Positions 36,210-44,219 of a stretch of 64,000 nt of DNA are shown piece by piece; positions within the stretch are counted from its first letter, which is position 1; the number at the start of each line of letters is the position of its first letter. Made by a program: the position numbers and the translations under genes. The notes below the pieces were generated by a model. That model was given only the letters and a program-made list of their open reading frames with translations. It was not told the origin of the DNA and searched no databases. Location of the stretch: positions 32,099-96,098 of the forward strand of contig JAEEQF010000001.1 in NCBI GenBank assembly GCA_016285175.1, in the 5' to 3' direction. This DNA is from Bacteroidales bacterium (lineage in GTDB: Bacteria; Bacteroidota; Bacteroidia; Bacteroidales; UBA932).

Positions 36210-37033
36210 TTCTTCTCCAGGGCGGTAAAGTCGTACAGCAAATTCTTATAGCTTTTTATCATCCCCCGCATGGCACCCACGCGCAGCGGTGCCCAGAAGG
36301 ATATCGGCAGCTGGTTGGCGTCGTCCGACAGCCAGATCTTTACATCTTCATTCCCTTCGAACATGGCCCCTTCCACCACCGAGCAGCGCAGCATCTGGCA
36401 GCGGACCTTGCCCATTCCCCTTACCTTGATGGTCTCTATCCCCACCTTGGTGAGATAGATGTGGAAAACCATGTCGTCAATGGCGAAATTGAGCCCATAG
36501 CGCTTCCCGGTTTCCATTTTGGAAAGGTCCATCTGGCGGATGAAATACACCAGGGTAGGGACATCGCACACGCAGTCCACCAGCGGGATGTCCAGGTTCA
36601 TGGGTCCCGTGGAGGTCATGTCCACGTAAGCATGGATCTGGCGCGCCTCCCAGTCGTAACTGTACAGGTTATAGGCCGCATAAGTGCCCTCGTGCGTGTC
36701 CCGGATGCATTTTTGGGGCTGCAGCGTCCCCTTTTTGAACCAGCCCTCAAAATGCTCCCGGATCTTGAAGAAGACATCGAAGAAAGGAGCCGTACGGGCC
36801 GATAAATCGCTGTGATAGATGGTTTCCCGGCCCAGCCGGGTTTCGTCCAGGCGGAGGGTTGCCTGGGCCACTTCCGTATTCACGGCGCCCCACTTGTAAG
36901 AAATGCCCAGGGTTAGGGATTCCCCAACCTGGAAGCGGGATTCATCGGCGAAAGGGATGCAGGAATAACGGTCCTGCGCCCAAAGCGGCACAGACAGAAA
37001 AAGAGTCAGCCATATGACAAGCAGGCGGCGCAT
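36206..37033 (-). CDS. DUF3108-like secreted protein
   Basis: 275 aa with a signal peptide. Family assignment is from memory of the DUF3108 pattern and is low certainty. Confidence 0.45.
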   Translation of the reverse strand: MRRLLVIWLTLFLSVPLWAQDRYSCIPFADESRFQVGESLTLGISYKWGAVNTEVAQATLRLDETRLGRETIYHSDLSARTAPFFDVFFKIREHFEGWFKKGTLQPQKCIRDTHEGTYAAYNLYSYDWEARQIHAYVDMTSTGPMNLDIPLVDCVCDVPTLVYFIRQMDLSKMETGKRYGLNFAIDDMVFHIYLTKVGIETIKVRGMGKVRCQMLRCSVVEGAMFEGNEDVKIWLSDDANQLPISFWAPLRVGAMRGMIKSYKNLLYDFTALEKK

Positions 37034-37035
37034 CG

Positions 37036-38520
37036 TCAGAATCCGGCCTGCTGGTCAAAATCGTAATTGGAATCCGCCACGGCATTGTTGGCTCCGCTGG
37101 CCACAGGCTCCTGGCGGGCATAGACATCCAGGCTCTGGTCCGGCTCCACGAACTTCACCTGACCGGCCTTGTACTTCATTTCAATATCGCACACCTCACC
37201 GTTACGGTGCTTGGCAATGACCAGGATGGCCTTTTCCCGGTCTTCCGGATTCTCACTCATGCCCACGAAATCCGGCCGATGGATGAAGATGACCATATCG
37301 GCATCTTGCTCGATGGAGCCGGATTCGCGGAGGTCGCTAAGCTGGGGTTTGCCGGTGCCGCCGGTGCGCTGGACGGCATTTCTGGACAGCTGCGACAGGG
37401 CGATGATGGGAATGTCCAACTCCTTGGCCGTAGCCTTGAGGGTACGGGAGATGGCGGCCACCTCCTGCTCGCGAAGGCCGCGCAGTTCCGCCGGACCCTG
37501 CATGAGCTGCAGATAGTCCACCACGATGAGGCGGACGCCCTTCTGCTTTACCAGGCGCTTGGCCTTGGTACGGAATTCCATGATGGGAATGCCGGGCGTA
37601 TCGTCTATATAGAGCGGGGCCTTGGACAGCCGGCGGAGGGTGTCTTCCAGCTGCACCCACTCGTACTGCTCCAGCTTGACGCCGCCTTTGATCTTTTCTC
37701 CGGAAAGGCCGGATTCCGTGGTGATAAGGCGCTTGCCCAGCTGTTCCGCACTCATTTCCAAAGAGAATACGGCAACCGGCATGTTGGCCTCCACGGCGGC
37801 GTTACGGGCGATGTTAAGGGCAAAGGCGGTCTTACCCACGGAAGGGCGGGCGGCCAGGATAATGAGGTCGCTCTTCTGCCAGCCCTGGGTTACCCTGTCC
37901 ACGGACGGGAAGCCGGAAGGGACACCGGACAGGCCGGTAATCTGCTGCAGTTCCTGCAGGTTGTCCAGCACGGAATTGATGATGGAGCCGATATCCTGGA
38001 CATCCCGCTTTACATTGTTCTGGATGGCGGCGAAGACCTTGGTCTGGGCATTGTCAATAAGGTCGTCCACATTGGTGGACTCGTCATACGACTGCTTGAG
38101 AATCTCGTACGAAGCCGTGATGAGATCCCGCTGGATGGTCTTCTGCTTGAGGATTTTGATGTAATACTCTATATGCGCCGCCGCGCCGATGTTCTGCGAC
38201 AGGCGGGCCAGTACAACGGGACCGCCCACAATTTCCAGGTTGCCCTTGGAGCGGAGTTTTTCGCTCACGGTAACCAGGTCTATGGACGCGTGCTCGTTCA
38301 CCAGCTCCGCCATGGCCTCGAAAATCATCCGGTGCTGAGGGTTGTAGAAGCAGGAGGCAGTGAGTTCCTCCATGGATTCGTCGATGGTGGAAGGCTCCAC
38401 CAGCATGGCGCCCAGCACGGCCTCCTCCACATCCGGAGCCTGCGGGGGTTTATTCCCCATCAGGGTTTCCAGGTTGAGAGGCTCTTCCGAATGGTTTCTC
38501 TTTCGGGACGGCTCCGGCAT
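37036..38520 (-). CDS. dnaB: replicative DNA helicase
   Basis: 494 aa. APDVEEAVLGAMLVEP N-terminal domain, Walker A ARPSVGKTAFAL, DYLQLM, SQLSR. Confidence 0.93.
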   Translation of the reverse strand: MPEPSRKRNHSEEPLNLETLMGNKPPQAPDVEEAVLGAMLVEPSTIDESMEELTASCFYNPQHRMIFEAMAELVNEHASIDLVTVSEKLRSKGNLEIVGGPVVLARLSQNIGAAAHIEYYIKILKQKTIQRDLITASYEILKQSYDESTNVDDLIDNAQTKVFAAIQNNVKRDVQDIGSIINSVLDNLQELQQITGLSGVPSGFPSVDRVTQGWQKSDLIILAARPSVGKTAFALNIARNAAVEANMPVAVFSLEMSAEQLGKRLITTESGLSGEKIKGGVKLEQYEWVQLEDTLRRLSKAPLYIDDTPGIPIMEFRTKAKRLVKQKGVRLIVVDYLQLMQGPAELRGLREQEVAAISRTLKATAKELDIPIIALSQLSRNAVQRTGGTGKPQLSDLRESGSIEQDADMVIFIHRPDFVGMSENPEDREKAILVIAKHRNGEVCDIEMKYKAGQVKFVEPDQSLDVYARQEPVASGANNAVADSNYDFDQQAGF

Positions 38521-38526
38521 ATCAGA

Positions 38527-39348
38527 CTATTCGAAATCCGGGTTGATGATGATACGGCCGCAATGCTCGCAGATGATGAGTTTGCGGTTGGAGGCGATTT
38601 CCACGCGGCGCTGCGGGGTGATGGTGTTGAAGCAGCCTCCGCAGGAGTCGCCGTTGTAGATGCTCACCACGGCCAGGTGGTTGTGCACGCTGGCGCGGAT
38701 ACGCTCATAAGCGCTCATGGTGCGGGCGTCAATCTTGGCGGCGCATTCGTCACGGTGCTTCTGCAGCACGGCCTCTTCCTTGGCGGTGGACTCCACAATG
38801 GCGTCCAGCTCTTCCTTCTTGGCCTTAAGGTCGTCCGTACGGATGGAGAGGTGGTCCTTAAGGTCGTCCAGCTGGGCCTTGAGGGCGCCAATCTCGGCAC
38901 GGGTGTCCACAATCTTCTTCTCCTCAATCTGACGGAGCAGCTCCTGGTTCTCGATCTCCTTGTTAAGGGAGTCGTACTCACGGGAGTTGGAGATGGTCTC
39001 CAGCTGGCGCTGGTACTTCTCAATCACGCTCTCGTGCTCTGCAATGGCCAGTTTGGCATCGGCAATATTGCGGTTCATCTGGTCCATCGTGGCCGATATG
39101 GCGGCGCTGCGCTCCTTGAGGTTGGCTATCTCCTCTTCCAGGACGGCCACCTCGGCCGGCAGCTCACCACGGAGCTGGATAATCTTATCAATCTCTGAAT
39201 CCGCGGCCTGAAGCTGATAGAGGGTCTTGAGTTTCTCCTCTACGGGCATGTCGGAATCGGCAAAATTCTTCTGCAGGGACACGAAAGTCTCTCTCTTGTC
39301 GATCGGGGCCTCCACTTTCTTGGCGGCGGTAGTTTTCTTGGTTGCCAT
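38527..39348 (-). CDS. coiled-coil protein with C-terminal C4 zinc ribbon (COG1579-like)
   Basis: 273 aa. Long heptad-like region, then CGGCFNTI...CEHCGRII. Confidence 0.7.
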   Translation of the reverse strand: MATKKTTAAKKVEAPIDKRETFVSLQKNFADSDMPVEEKLKTLYQLQAADSEIDKIIQLRGELPAEVAVLEEEIANLKERSAAISATMDQMNRNIADAKLAIAEHESVIEKYQRQLETISNSREYDSLNKEIENQELLRQIEEKKIVDTRAEIGALKAQLDDLKDHLSIRTDDLKAKKEELDAIVESTAKEEAVLQKHRDECAAKIDARTMSAYERIRASVHNHLAVVSIYNGDSCGGCFNTITPQRRVEIASNRKLIICEHCGRIIINPDFE

Positions 39349-39369
39349 AAATTATAAATCGATTTATAT

Positions 39370-40155
39370 TTACATCACAAAATAGTGGACCGGATTGCTC
39401 CTGTCCAGCGCGGCACTTTTGTAGCTTGCAAAGTTAGGAAAATTTTTCCTTATCTGCGCCAAGAATATGTCCACAATCTCCACTTCGCTCTCAAAATGAC
39501 CGATATCCATGACCATAAACCCTTCCGGGGTAAAGAAATTGTGATAGGAAACGTCCGCAGTAATATAAAGTTGGGCGCCGGCCCTAAGGGCCGATTCCAT
39601 TTCCCCGCCGCCGCTGCCGCCCAGGAGCGCCACCCGGCTGATAGGGCCTTCCAGGGGCTTGGAACTGCGGATTATCTGCAGGCCGAAACACTCCTTCACA
39701 AAGGCCAGGGCCTCTTTCCCGGTCCTGGGTTCCGCCCAGTTGCCCACGCAGCCCAGGCCGAAGCCTTCCGGGCCCGGCTCCAGGAATTCCACGTCCTTCA
39801 GCCCCAGGCGGCGGGCCATGGCGCCGCTCACCCCGCCGATCACTTTATCGGCCGTAGTATGGGCCGCATAGACGGCCACGCCTTTTTGCACGGCCTTCAT
39901 GACGGCCGCGCCCACCGGATCCCCGGCGTTGATGCGGCGGATGCCCTTGAAAATGAGCGGATGGTGCGTTACAACCAGGTCACAGCCCTTCTCCACCGCC
40001 TCCTCAATGAGCTCCGGCGTACAGTCAAAGCCCACCAGAACGCCGTGGACAGGGTCCTGCGGCGAGCCGATGAGAAGGCCGCTGTTATCCCAGCTTTCCT
40101 GGATGTCCAGGGGCGCGAACGCCTCCAGCACCCGTGTAATCTCCCCTACCGTCAT
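39370..40155 (-). CDS. Nif3-like dinuclear metal centre protein (YbgI family)
   Basis: 261 aa. WDNSGLLIG, VVTHHPLIF and C-terminal DIGHFESE are typical of NIF3. Confidence 0.8.
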   Translation of the reverse strand: MTVGEITRVLEAFAPLDIQESWDNSGLLIGSPQDPVHGVLVGFDCTPELIEEAVEKGCDLVVTHHPLIFKGIRRINAGDPVGAAVMKAVQKGVAVYAAHTTADKVIGGVSGAMARRLGLKDVEFLEPGPEGFGLGCVGNWAEPRTGKEALAFVKECFGLQIIRSSKPLEGPISRVALLGGSGGGEMESALRAGAQLYITADVSYHNFFTPEGFMVMDIGHFESEVEIVDIFLAQIRKNFPNFASYKSAALDRSNPVHYFVM

Positions 40156-40469
40156 AACGCCTTCCTCACTTCCTTGAGCCGGGCCTGGATGTCCTTGAGG
40201 ATGGTGAGCGCCTTAACGCGCCCTTCCACACTGCGCCGGTCTTCCTGCAGTTTGAGGGCGGCGCCCTCCAGAGTGAGCCCCTGCTTCTTCACCAGGAACT
40301 GGATTTGCTGCAGCGTCTCCACGTCTTCCGGATGATAGAGCCGGTTCCCCTTGGCATTGCGGTCCGGTTTGATGAATTTTTCGAAATAATTGCTCCAGTA
40401 GCGTACGGCTGAGGTGTTTTCGCCCAGGATTTCCGCCACCTCGCCCATAGTGTATATTAATTTGGCCAT
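40152..40469 (-). CDS. MerR-family transcriptional regulator
   Basis: 105 aa from MAKLIYTMGEVAEILGENTSAVRYW (HTH). The track start at 40496 would include the promoter box. Overlaps the Nif3 start by 4 nt. Confidence 0.75.
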   Translation of the reverse strand: MAKLIYTMGEVAEILGENTSAVRYWSNYFEKFIKPDRNAKGNRLYHPEDVETLQQIQFLVKKQGLTLEGAALKLQEDRRSVEGRVKALTILKDIQARLKEVRKAL

Positions 40470-40476
40470 AGTTTTA

Positions 40477-40484
40477 CAAAGATA
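40477..40484 (-). promoter_or_regulatory. -7 promoter box (TAtcTTTG), only 7 nt from the merR ATG
   Basis: Minus strand reads TATCTTTG-TAAAACT-ATG. Confidence 0.5.
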
Positions 40485-40544
40485 GAAAAATTTCACCGCT
40501 AAACCCGCATTTTCCGCCTAAAATGCAGGCGCAGAAGTAAGAGG

Positions 40545-41525
40545 CTAAGCCTTACGGGTGGGTTGATGGGAGAAACTGCGGCGGGGACCTTCGGCCTCCA
40601 GCCAGTAGTCATGGTCAAAAGCCTCTCCCGGAAATACGTACGGCCCCTGGTGGTCTATGGAAAAAGCCAGATAAGTGATGGGCAGTCCCATCTCCAGGAA
40701 CATCTTCTCGTAAAAAGTCTGTATTTCAGTAATTTCATCGACAGAGAGGGTATACAGGTCTCTCAACCGTCGCTGCGCGACGTTTTGAGTGGCGCCAGCA
40801 GGCGCCCGGCCGTACCCGGGATTTCGCGGGGCGAAATCATTGAGGGAGAAAAGGCCGCGGGGGATAGTAGGGGGCAGAGCCCCCTCAGACTTTCCGAGGG
40901 TGGCCACGGGTTCCAGGATGTGTATACCCTCTCTGTAAATATCTGTACCTGAAGCCAATACCTGCAGATTATTCACCTGGCAGACGGCGGAGGTGTATTC
41001 GTACAGGAAGCGGGAATCGGTCTTAAGATGGACTAGGCCGCCGGGTTTCAGGAACTTGCGGTAGCGCTCCAGGAAAAGCGGCGAGGACAGCCGGCTGTTT
41101 TCACTGCCACGCAACTGAGGATCGGAGAAAGTGAGCCAGATCTCACTCACTTCCCCGGGGCCGAAGAAAGCCTCTATGAACTCTATGCGCGTACGCAGGA
41201 AAGCCACGTTGGGGAGGGCGTTCTCCGTGGCGTATTTGGCCCCTTTCCACAGACGCGCGCCCTTGATATCCACGCCTATGTAATTGATTTCCGGGTGCCT
41301 TTCGGCCAGGGCTATGGTGTAATCCCCCTTGCCGCAGCCCAGCTCCAAGACAATGGGATGGTCGTTTCCGAACATCTCCTCCCCCCATCGGCCTTTGATG
41401 GCATGGTCCCGGAGCTTCAGTTCCCGGGAACCCGGCTCCTTGGCCAGCACCTGCGAGGCATCCGGCTGCAGCAGGCAGCGGAAGGTCTCATTTTCGGCAA
41501 ATTTCTTCAGTTTCCCGTGTCCCAT
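40545..41525 (-). CDS. trmB: tRNA (guanine-N7)-methyltransferase with an internal ~60-aa insertion and a C-terminal extension
   Basis: 326 aa from the ATG at 41525. LELGCGKGDY, NYIGVDIKG, IWLTFSDPQ, LKTDSRFLYEY and QTFYEKMFLEMGLPITYL match TrmB. The segment between DIYREG and VDEITEIQ is far longer than in the TrmB sequences I recall. Confidence 0.85.
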   Translation of the reverse strand: MGHGKLKKFAENETFRCLLQPDASQVLAKEPGSRELKLRDHAIKGRWGEEMFGNDHPIVLELGCGKGDYTIALAERHPEINYIGVDIKGARLWKGAKYATENALPNVAFLRTRIEFIEAFFGPGEVSEIWLTFSDPQLRGSENSRLSSPLFLERYRKFLKPGGLVHLKTDSRFLYEYTSAVCQVNNLQVLASGTDIYREGIHILEPVATLGKSEGALPPTIPRGLFSLNDFAPRNPGYGRAPAGATQNVAQRRLRDLYTLSVDEITEIQTFYEKMFLEMGLPITYLAFSIDHQGPYVFPGEAFDHDYWLEAEGPRRSFSHQPTRKA

Positions 41526-41552
41526 AAACACCTGTATTACAAAGTTTTACGC

Positions 41553-41610
41553 AAATACCCTGCTGTAAATTAGCAGCAGGGTTTTCCTGTAATTGCTTGT
41601 CAATCAGACG
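41553..41610. repeat. palindromic terminator-like repeat element, copy 1
   Basis: ACCCTGCTG-N8-CAGCAGGGT hairpin plus GTAATTGC flank. About 36 of 44 positions match the copy at 63289-63346 in a hand alignment. Confidence 0.75.
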
Positions 41611-42031
41611 ATTGAGCTACAACCAGTCCCAGACCGCGAAGGATTTCCCGGCCATCGGCATAAGGGATGGCAACCCTGAGCGTCCAAAGGCCGGGCTGGA
41701 CGGGACGGACATGGGCCCGGTAGGGCTGAAAGACCTGGCGGGAGAACACGGAGGAGCGGCCGCTGAGGGGCATATAGACACTCTCCGTGTAGGAAGAATC
41801 CGAGGGGGAGATCCACGTAATGCGAAGCGGCAGCTCATGCGCGGCCTGCAGATCGGAAGGATAGCCGTCCAGGCGCGTAAAGAATGAAAAATCGTAAGAA
41901 GCCGTTGTGTCCGACATCTCTACCTGGAACTCGTACGGTCCGGGGGCGGGAATGAACTCTTCCAGGGAAGAGGGCTCCCGGCAGGCCGCCACGAGCAAGA
42001 TGAGGGACAGGAGGCAGGAAAGATTCTTCAC
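41600..42031 (-). CDS. small lipoprotein, GldH-like
   Basis: 143 aa with lipobox LLVAAC. Size, pattern (YDFSFFTRL...GLWTLRV...LRGLGLVV) and position after a PSP1 gene resemble GldH as I recall it. The GTG start lies inside a repeat element. Confidence 0.45.
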   Translation of the reverse strand: MKNLSCLLSLILLVAACREPSSLEEFIPAPGPYEFQVEMSDTTASYDFSFFTRLDGYPSDLQAAHELPLRITWISPSDSSYTESVYMPLSGRSSVFSRQVFQPYRAHVRPVQPGLWTLRVAIPYADGREILRGLGLVVAQSSD

Positions 42032-42060
42032 TTCGTTCAGAATGACATCAGAATGACAAT
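42021..42060. repeat. gene-junction repeat element, copy 1
   Basis: AGATTCTTCACTTCGTTCAGAATGACAT (42021-42048) is identical to 47071-47098. It is followed by a partial tandem repeat, CAGAATGACA. Confidence 0.85.
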
Positions 42061-42073
42061 TATAACGGCGTAA

Positions 42074-43234
42074 TTATTCGGCGTTGGAGGGCTTCTGGCC
42101 GGATTTCCGGTTACGGCCCCGGTTCTTGCGGCGGCGTTTTTTCTTCTCCGGATCGAAGCGGTTGATGGCGTCGTCCGTACCCGTAATGAACTCGGGAGCG
42201 GCGCCCTCTTCCTGACGCAGGGTTTCCGGCCTTTCTCCCCGGCGGTTCATCTCCTGGATTTCCTTCACTTCATCGGCCGACAGCGGAAACATCTGGGCCA
42301 GGGAGCCCTTCTCGTAGGAGAAGTACAGCGTCTCCGACAGGATGTCCGTCTTCACCAGCCAGGCCTGCCCGTCTTCCAGCTCCAGCGGTTCCACCACCTT
42401 GGGGATGCGGGAATGGGCGTCCAAGTAGGCCGCCACCTCGTAATTGAGGCAGCATTTGAGCTTGCCGCACTGGCCGGCGAGCTTCTGCGGATTCAGCGAA
42501 AGGTCCTGCGTCCGGGCGGCCGATGTGGTGATGGACTTGAACTCCGTGATATAGTTGGCGCAGCACAGTTCCCGGCCGCACACGCCCAGTCCGCCTATGA
42601 GGCCGGCCTCCTGGCGGGCGCCTATCTGCTTCATTTCCACGCGGATATGGAACTCTTCGGCAAAGTCCTTGATGAGCTGGCGGAAATCCACGCGGCCATC
42701 GGCAATGTAATAGAAGATGGCCTTGGTGCCGTCGCCCTGGAACTCCACGTCGCCGATTTTCATTTCCAGGCCCAGGTTGGCCGCCAGCACCCGCGAGCGG
42801 ATCATGGTCTCCTGCTCCCGCGCAATGGCTTCCTGCCAGCGCTCGATGTCATAGGGACGCGCCTTGCGGTAGATTTTCCGGATTTCCGTGGTCTCCGGGT
42901 CCACGCCCCGGCATTTCATCTGCCGGCCCACGATGGGGCCTTCCAGGGTTACGATACCCAGGTCGTGCCCCGTGGCGGCTTCCACCACCACCAGGTCCCC
43001 GGTCTTCACGCTCTGGCCGGACGCATTCACATAGAAGCCCTTGCGGGTATTCTTGAAGCGCACCTCGAAATAGGGGTTGAACTGCTCCTGCGGGATACCC
43101 TTGAGGTAGTTGTACACCTCCAGCTTGCAACAGCCCTGACGGTAACGGATATCCCGTTCCAGGGTCTCTTCGTCGGTGGTGATGGTACAGCCCCGGAAGC
43201 AGTCGTATTGTATGGATTCGTTGTTCCAGTCCAT
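42074..43234 (-). CDS. PSP1 domain protein (RicT/YaaT-like)
   Basis: 386 aa. Conserved PSP1 core (GLGVCGRELCCANYI..., GQCGKLKCCLNYE). Basic C-terminal tail. Confidence 0.85.
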   Translation of the reverse strand: MDWNNESIQYDCFRGCTITTDEETLERDIRYRQGCCKLEVYNYLKGIPQEQFNPYFEVRFKNTRKGFYVNASGQSVKTGDLVVVEAATGHDLGIVTLEGPIVGRQMKCRGVDPETTEIRKIYRKARPYDIERWQEAIAREQETMIRSRVLAANLGLEMKIGDVEFQGDGTKAIFYYIADGRVDFRQLIKDFAEEFHIRVEMKQIGARQEAGLIGGLGVCGRELCCANYITEFKSITTSAARTQDLSLNPQKLAGQCGKLKCCLNYEVAAYLDAHSRIPKVVEPLELEDGQAWLVKTDILSETLYFSYEKGSLAQMFPLSADEVKEIQEMNRRGERPETLRQEEGAAPEFITGTDDAINRFDPEKKKRRRKNRGRNRKSGQKPSNAE

Positions 43235-43235
43235 G

Positions 43236-44219
43236 TCAAATGCGGATATATAGTTGGTTCACCATGTCGGCGAACAGGATTTTCTGATTCACGTTGCGCT
43301 CTATCAGGAGCAGGGCCCGGTCCAGGCAGGAGAGGGCCAGGCGCGGAAAGGCGGGCTTCAATGCAGCCGCCATCCGCCTGTAATAGTCTTCTTCATCGGC
43401 CTTCACATGGGTGAGGGCCGGCAGGTTCTGCTGAAGCAGGAACAAGGTGCGAAGGTCCCGCGCAGCCACCCGGCAAAAGGCCTTCTGCCGTTCGCGCGAG
43501 TCCAGCGCAGCCACCGCCTCCCCCGTTTCCAGGGCACCCAGCAGGTCCTTTTCCACCAGCGCGTTGAGCAAGTCGTGGAAAAGGTCGGCCAGGACGGCAT
43601 CCCCGGCCGCTTCCCGGGCGTGAACCTCTTCCTCGGCCTCCGGGGACAGGGGCTGCACCCGCAGATGCAGGCAGCGGGAGGAGATGGTTGTGAGCACCTT
43701 CTCCGGAGCATGGGTGATGAGCAGGAACAGCGTCCCCACCGGCGGCTCCTCCACCATTTTGAGGAGCGCGTTGCCGGCCTGCATATTCATCTTTTCCGGC
43801 AGGTACATCACCACCGTGCGCCATCCGCCCTCCACGGCCGACAGGGAGAGCCTGTCCAGCACGGAACGGGCTTCCTGAACGGAGATATTGCTCTGTTTCC
43901 CCTCTATGCCGATGGCCGCATACAGCTCATTTTCAAAGAAATAAGGATTCTCCAGCAGCAGTTCACGGAACGGGCCGATGAACTGGAGCGACACCGGCTT
44001 GTCCGGCCCGGCGACGGGAAAGACAAAGTGGATATCCGGATGGATCAGCTTCCGGACGCGGGGAGAACCGCCGTACAGTTCCTCCAGGAAATGGAGGACC
44101 AGCGGGAAGGCTCCGCCGCCGTCATCCTCGTGCAGCAGCAGGGCATGCGGGACATGGCCGCTCACCGCCATCTGATGGAGGGCGTTCATAAGTTCCGTAT
44201 TCCCGTATACCGTTGCCAT
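43236..44219 (-). CDS. holB: DNA polymerase III subunit delta'
   Basis: 327 aa. HALLLHEDDGGG in a degenerate P-loop position, GNALLKMVEEPP and SRCLHLRV are typical of HolB. Confidence 0.75.
   Translation of the reverse strand: MATVYGNTELMNALHQMAVSGHVPHALLLHEDDGGGAFPLVLHFLEELYGGSPRVRKLIHPDIHFVFPVAGPDKPVSLQFIGPFRELLLENPYFFENELYAAIGIEGKQSNISVQEARSVLDRLSLSAVEGGWRTVVMYLPEKMNMQAGNALLKMVEEPPVGTLFLLITHAPEKVLTTISSRCLHLRVQPLSPEAEEEVHAREAAGDAVLADLFHDLLNALVEKDLLGALETGEAVAALDSRERQKAFCRVAARDLRTLFLLQQNLPALTHVKADEEDYYRRMAAALKPAFPRLALSCLDRALLLIERNVNQKILFADMVNQLYIRI

Noticed and set aside
35799-37033. RseC-like and DUF3108 genes upstream of rnf as a novel accessory module
   Set aside because: An RseC-family gene ahead of rnf is a known arrangement. 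The DUF3108 assignment is uncertain, but nothing in the sequence singles it out.
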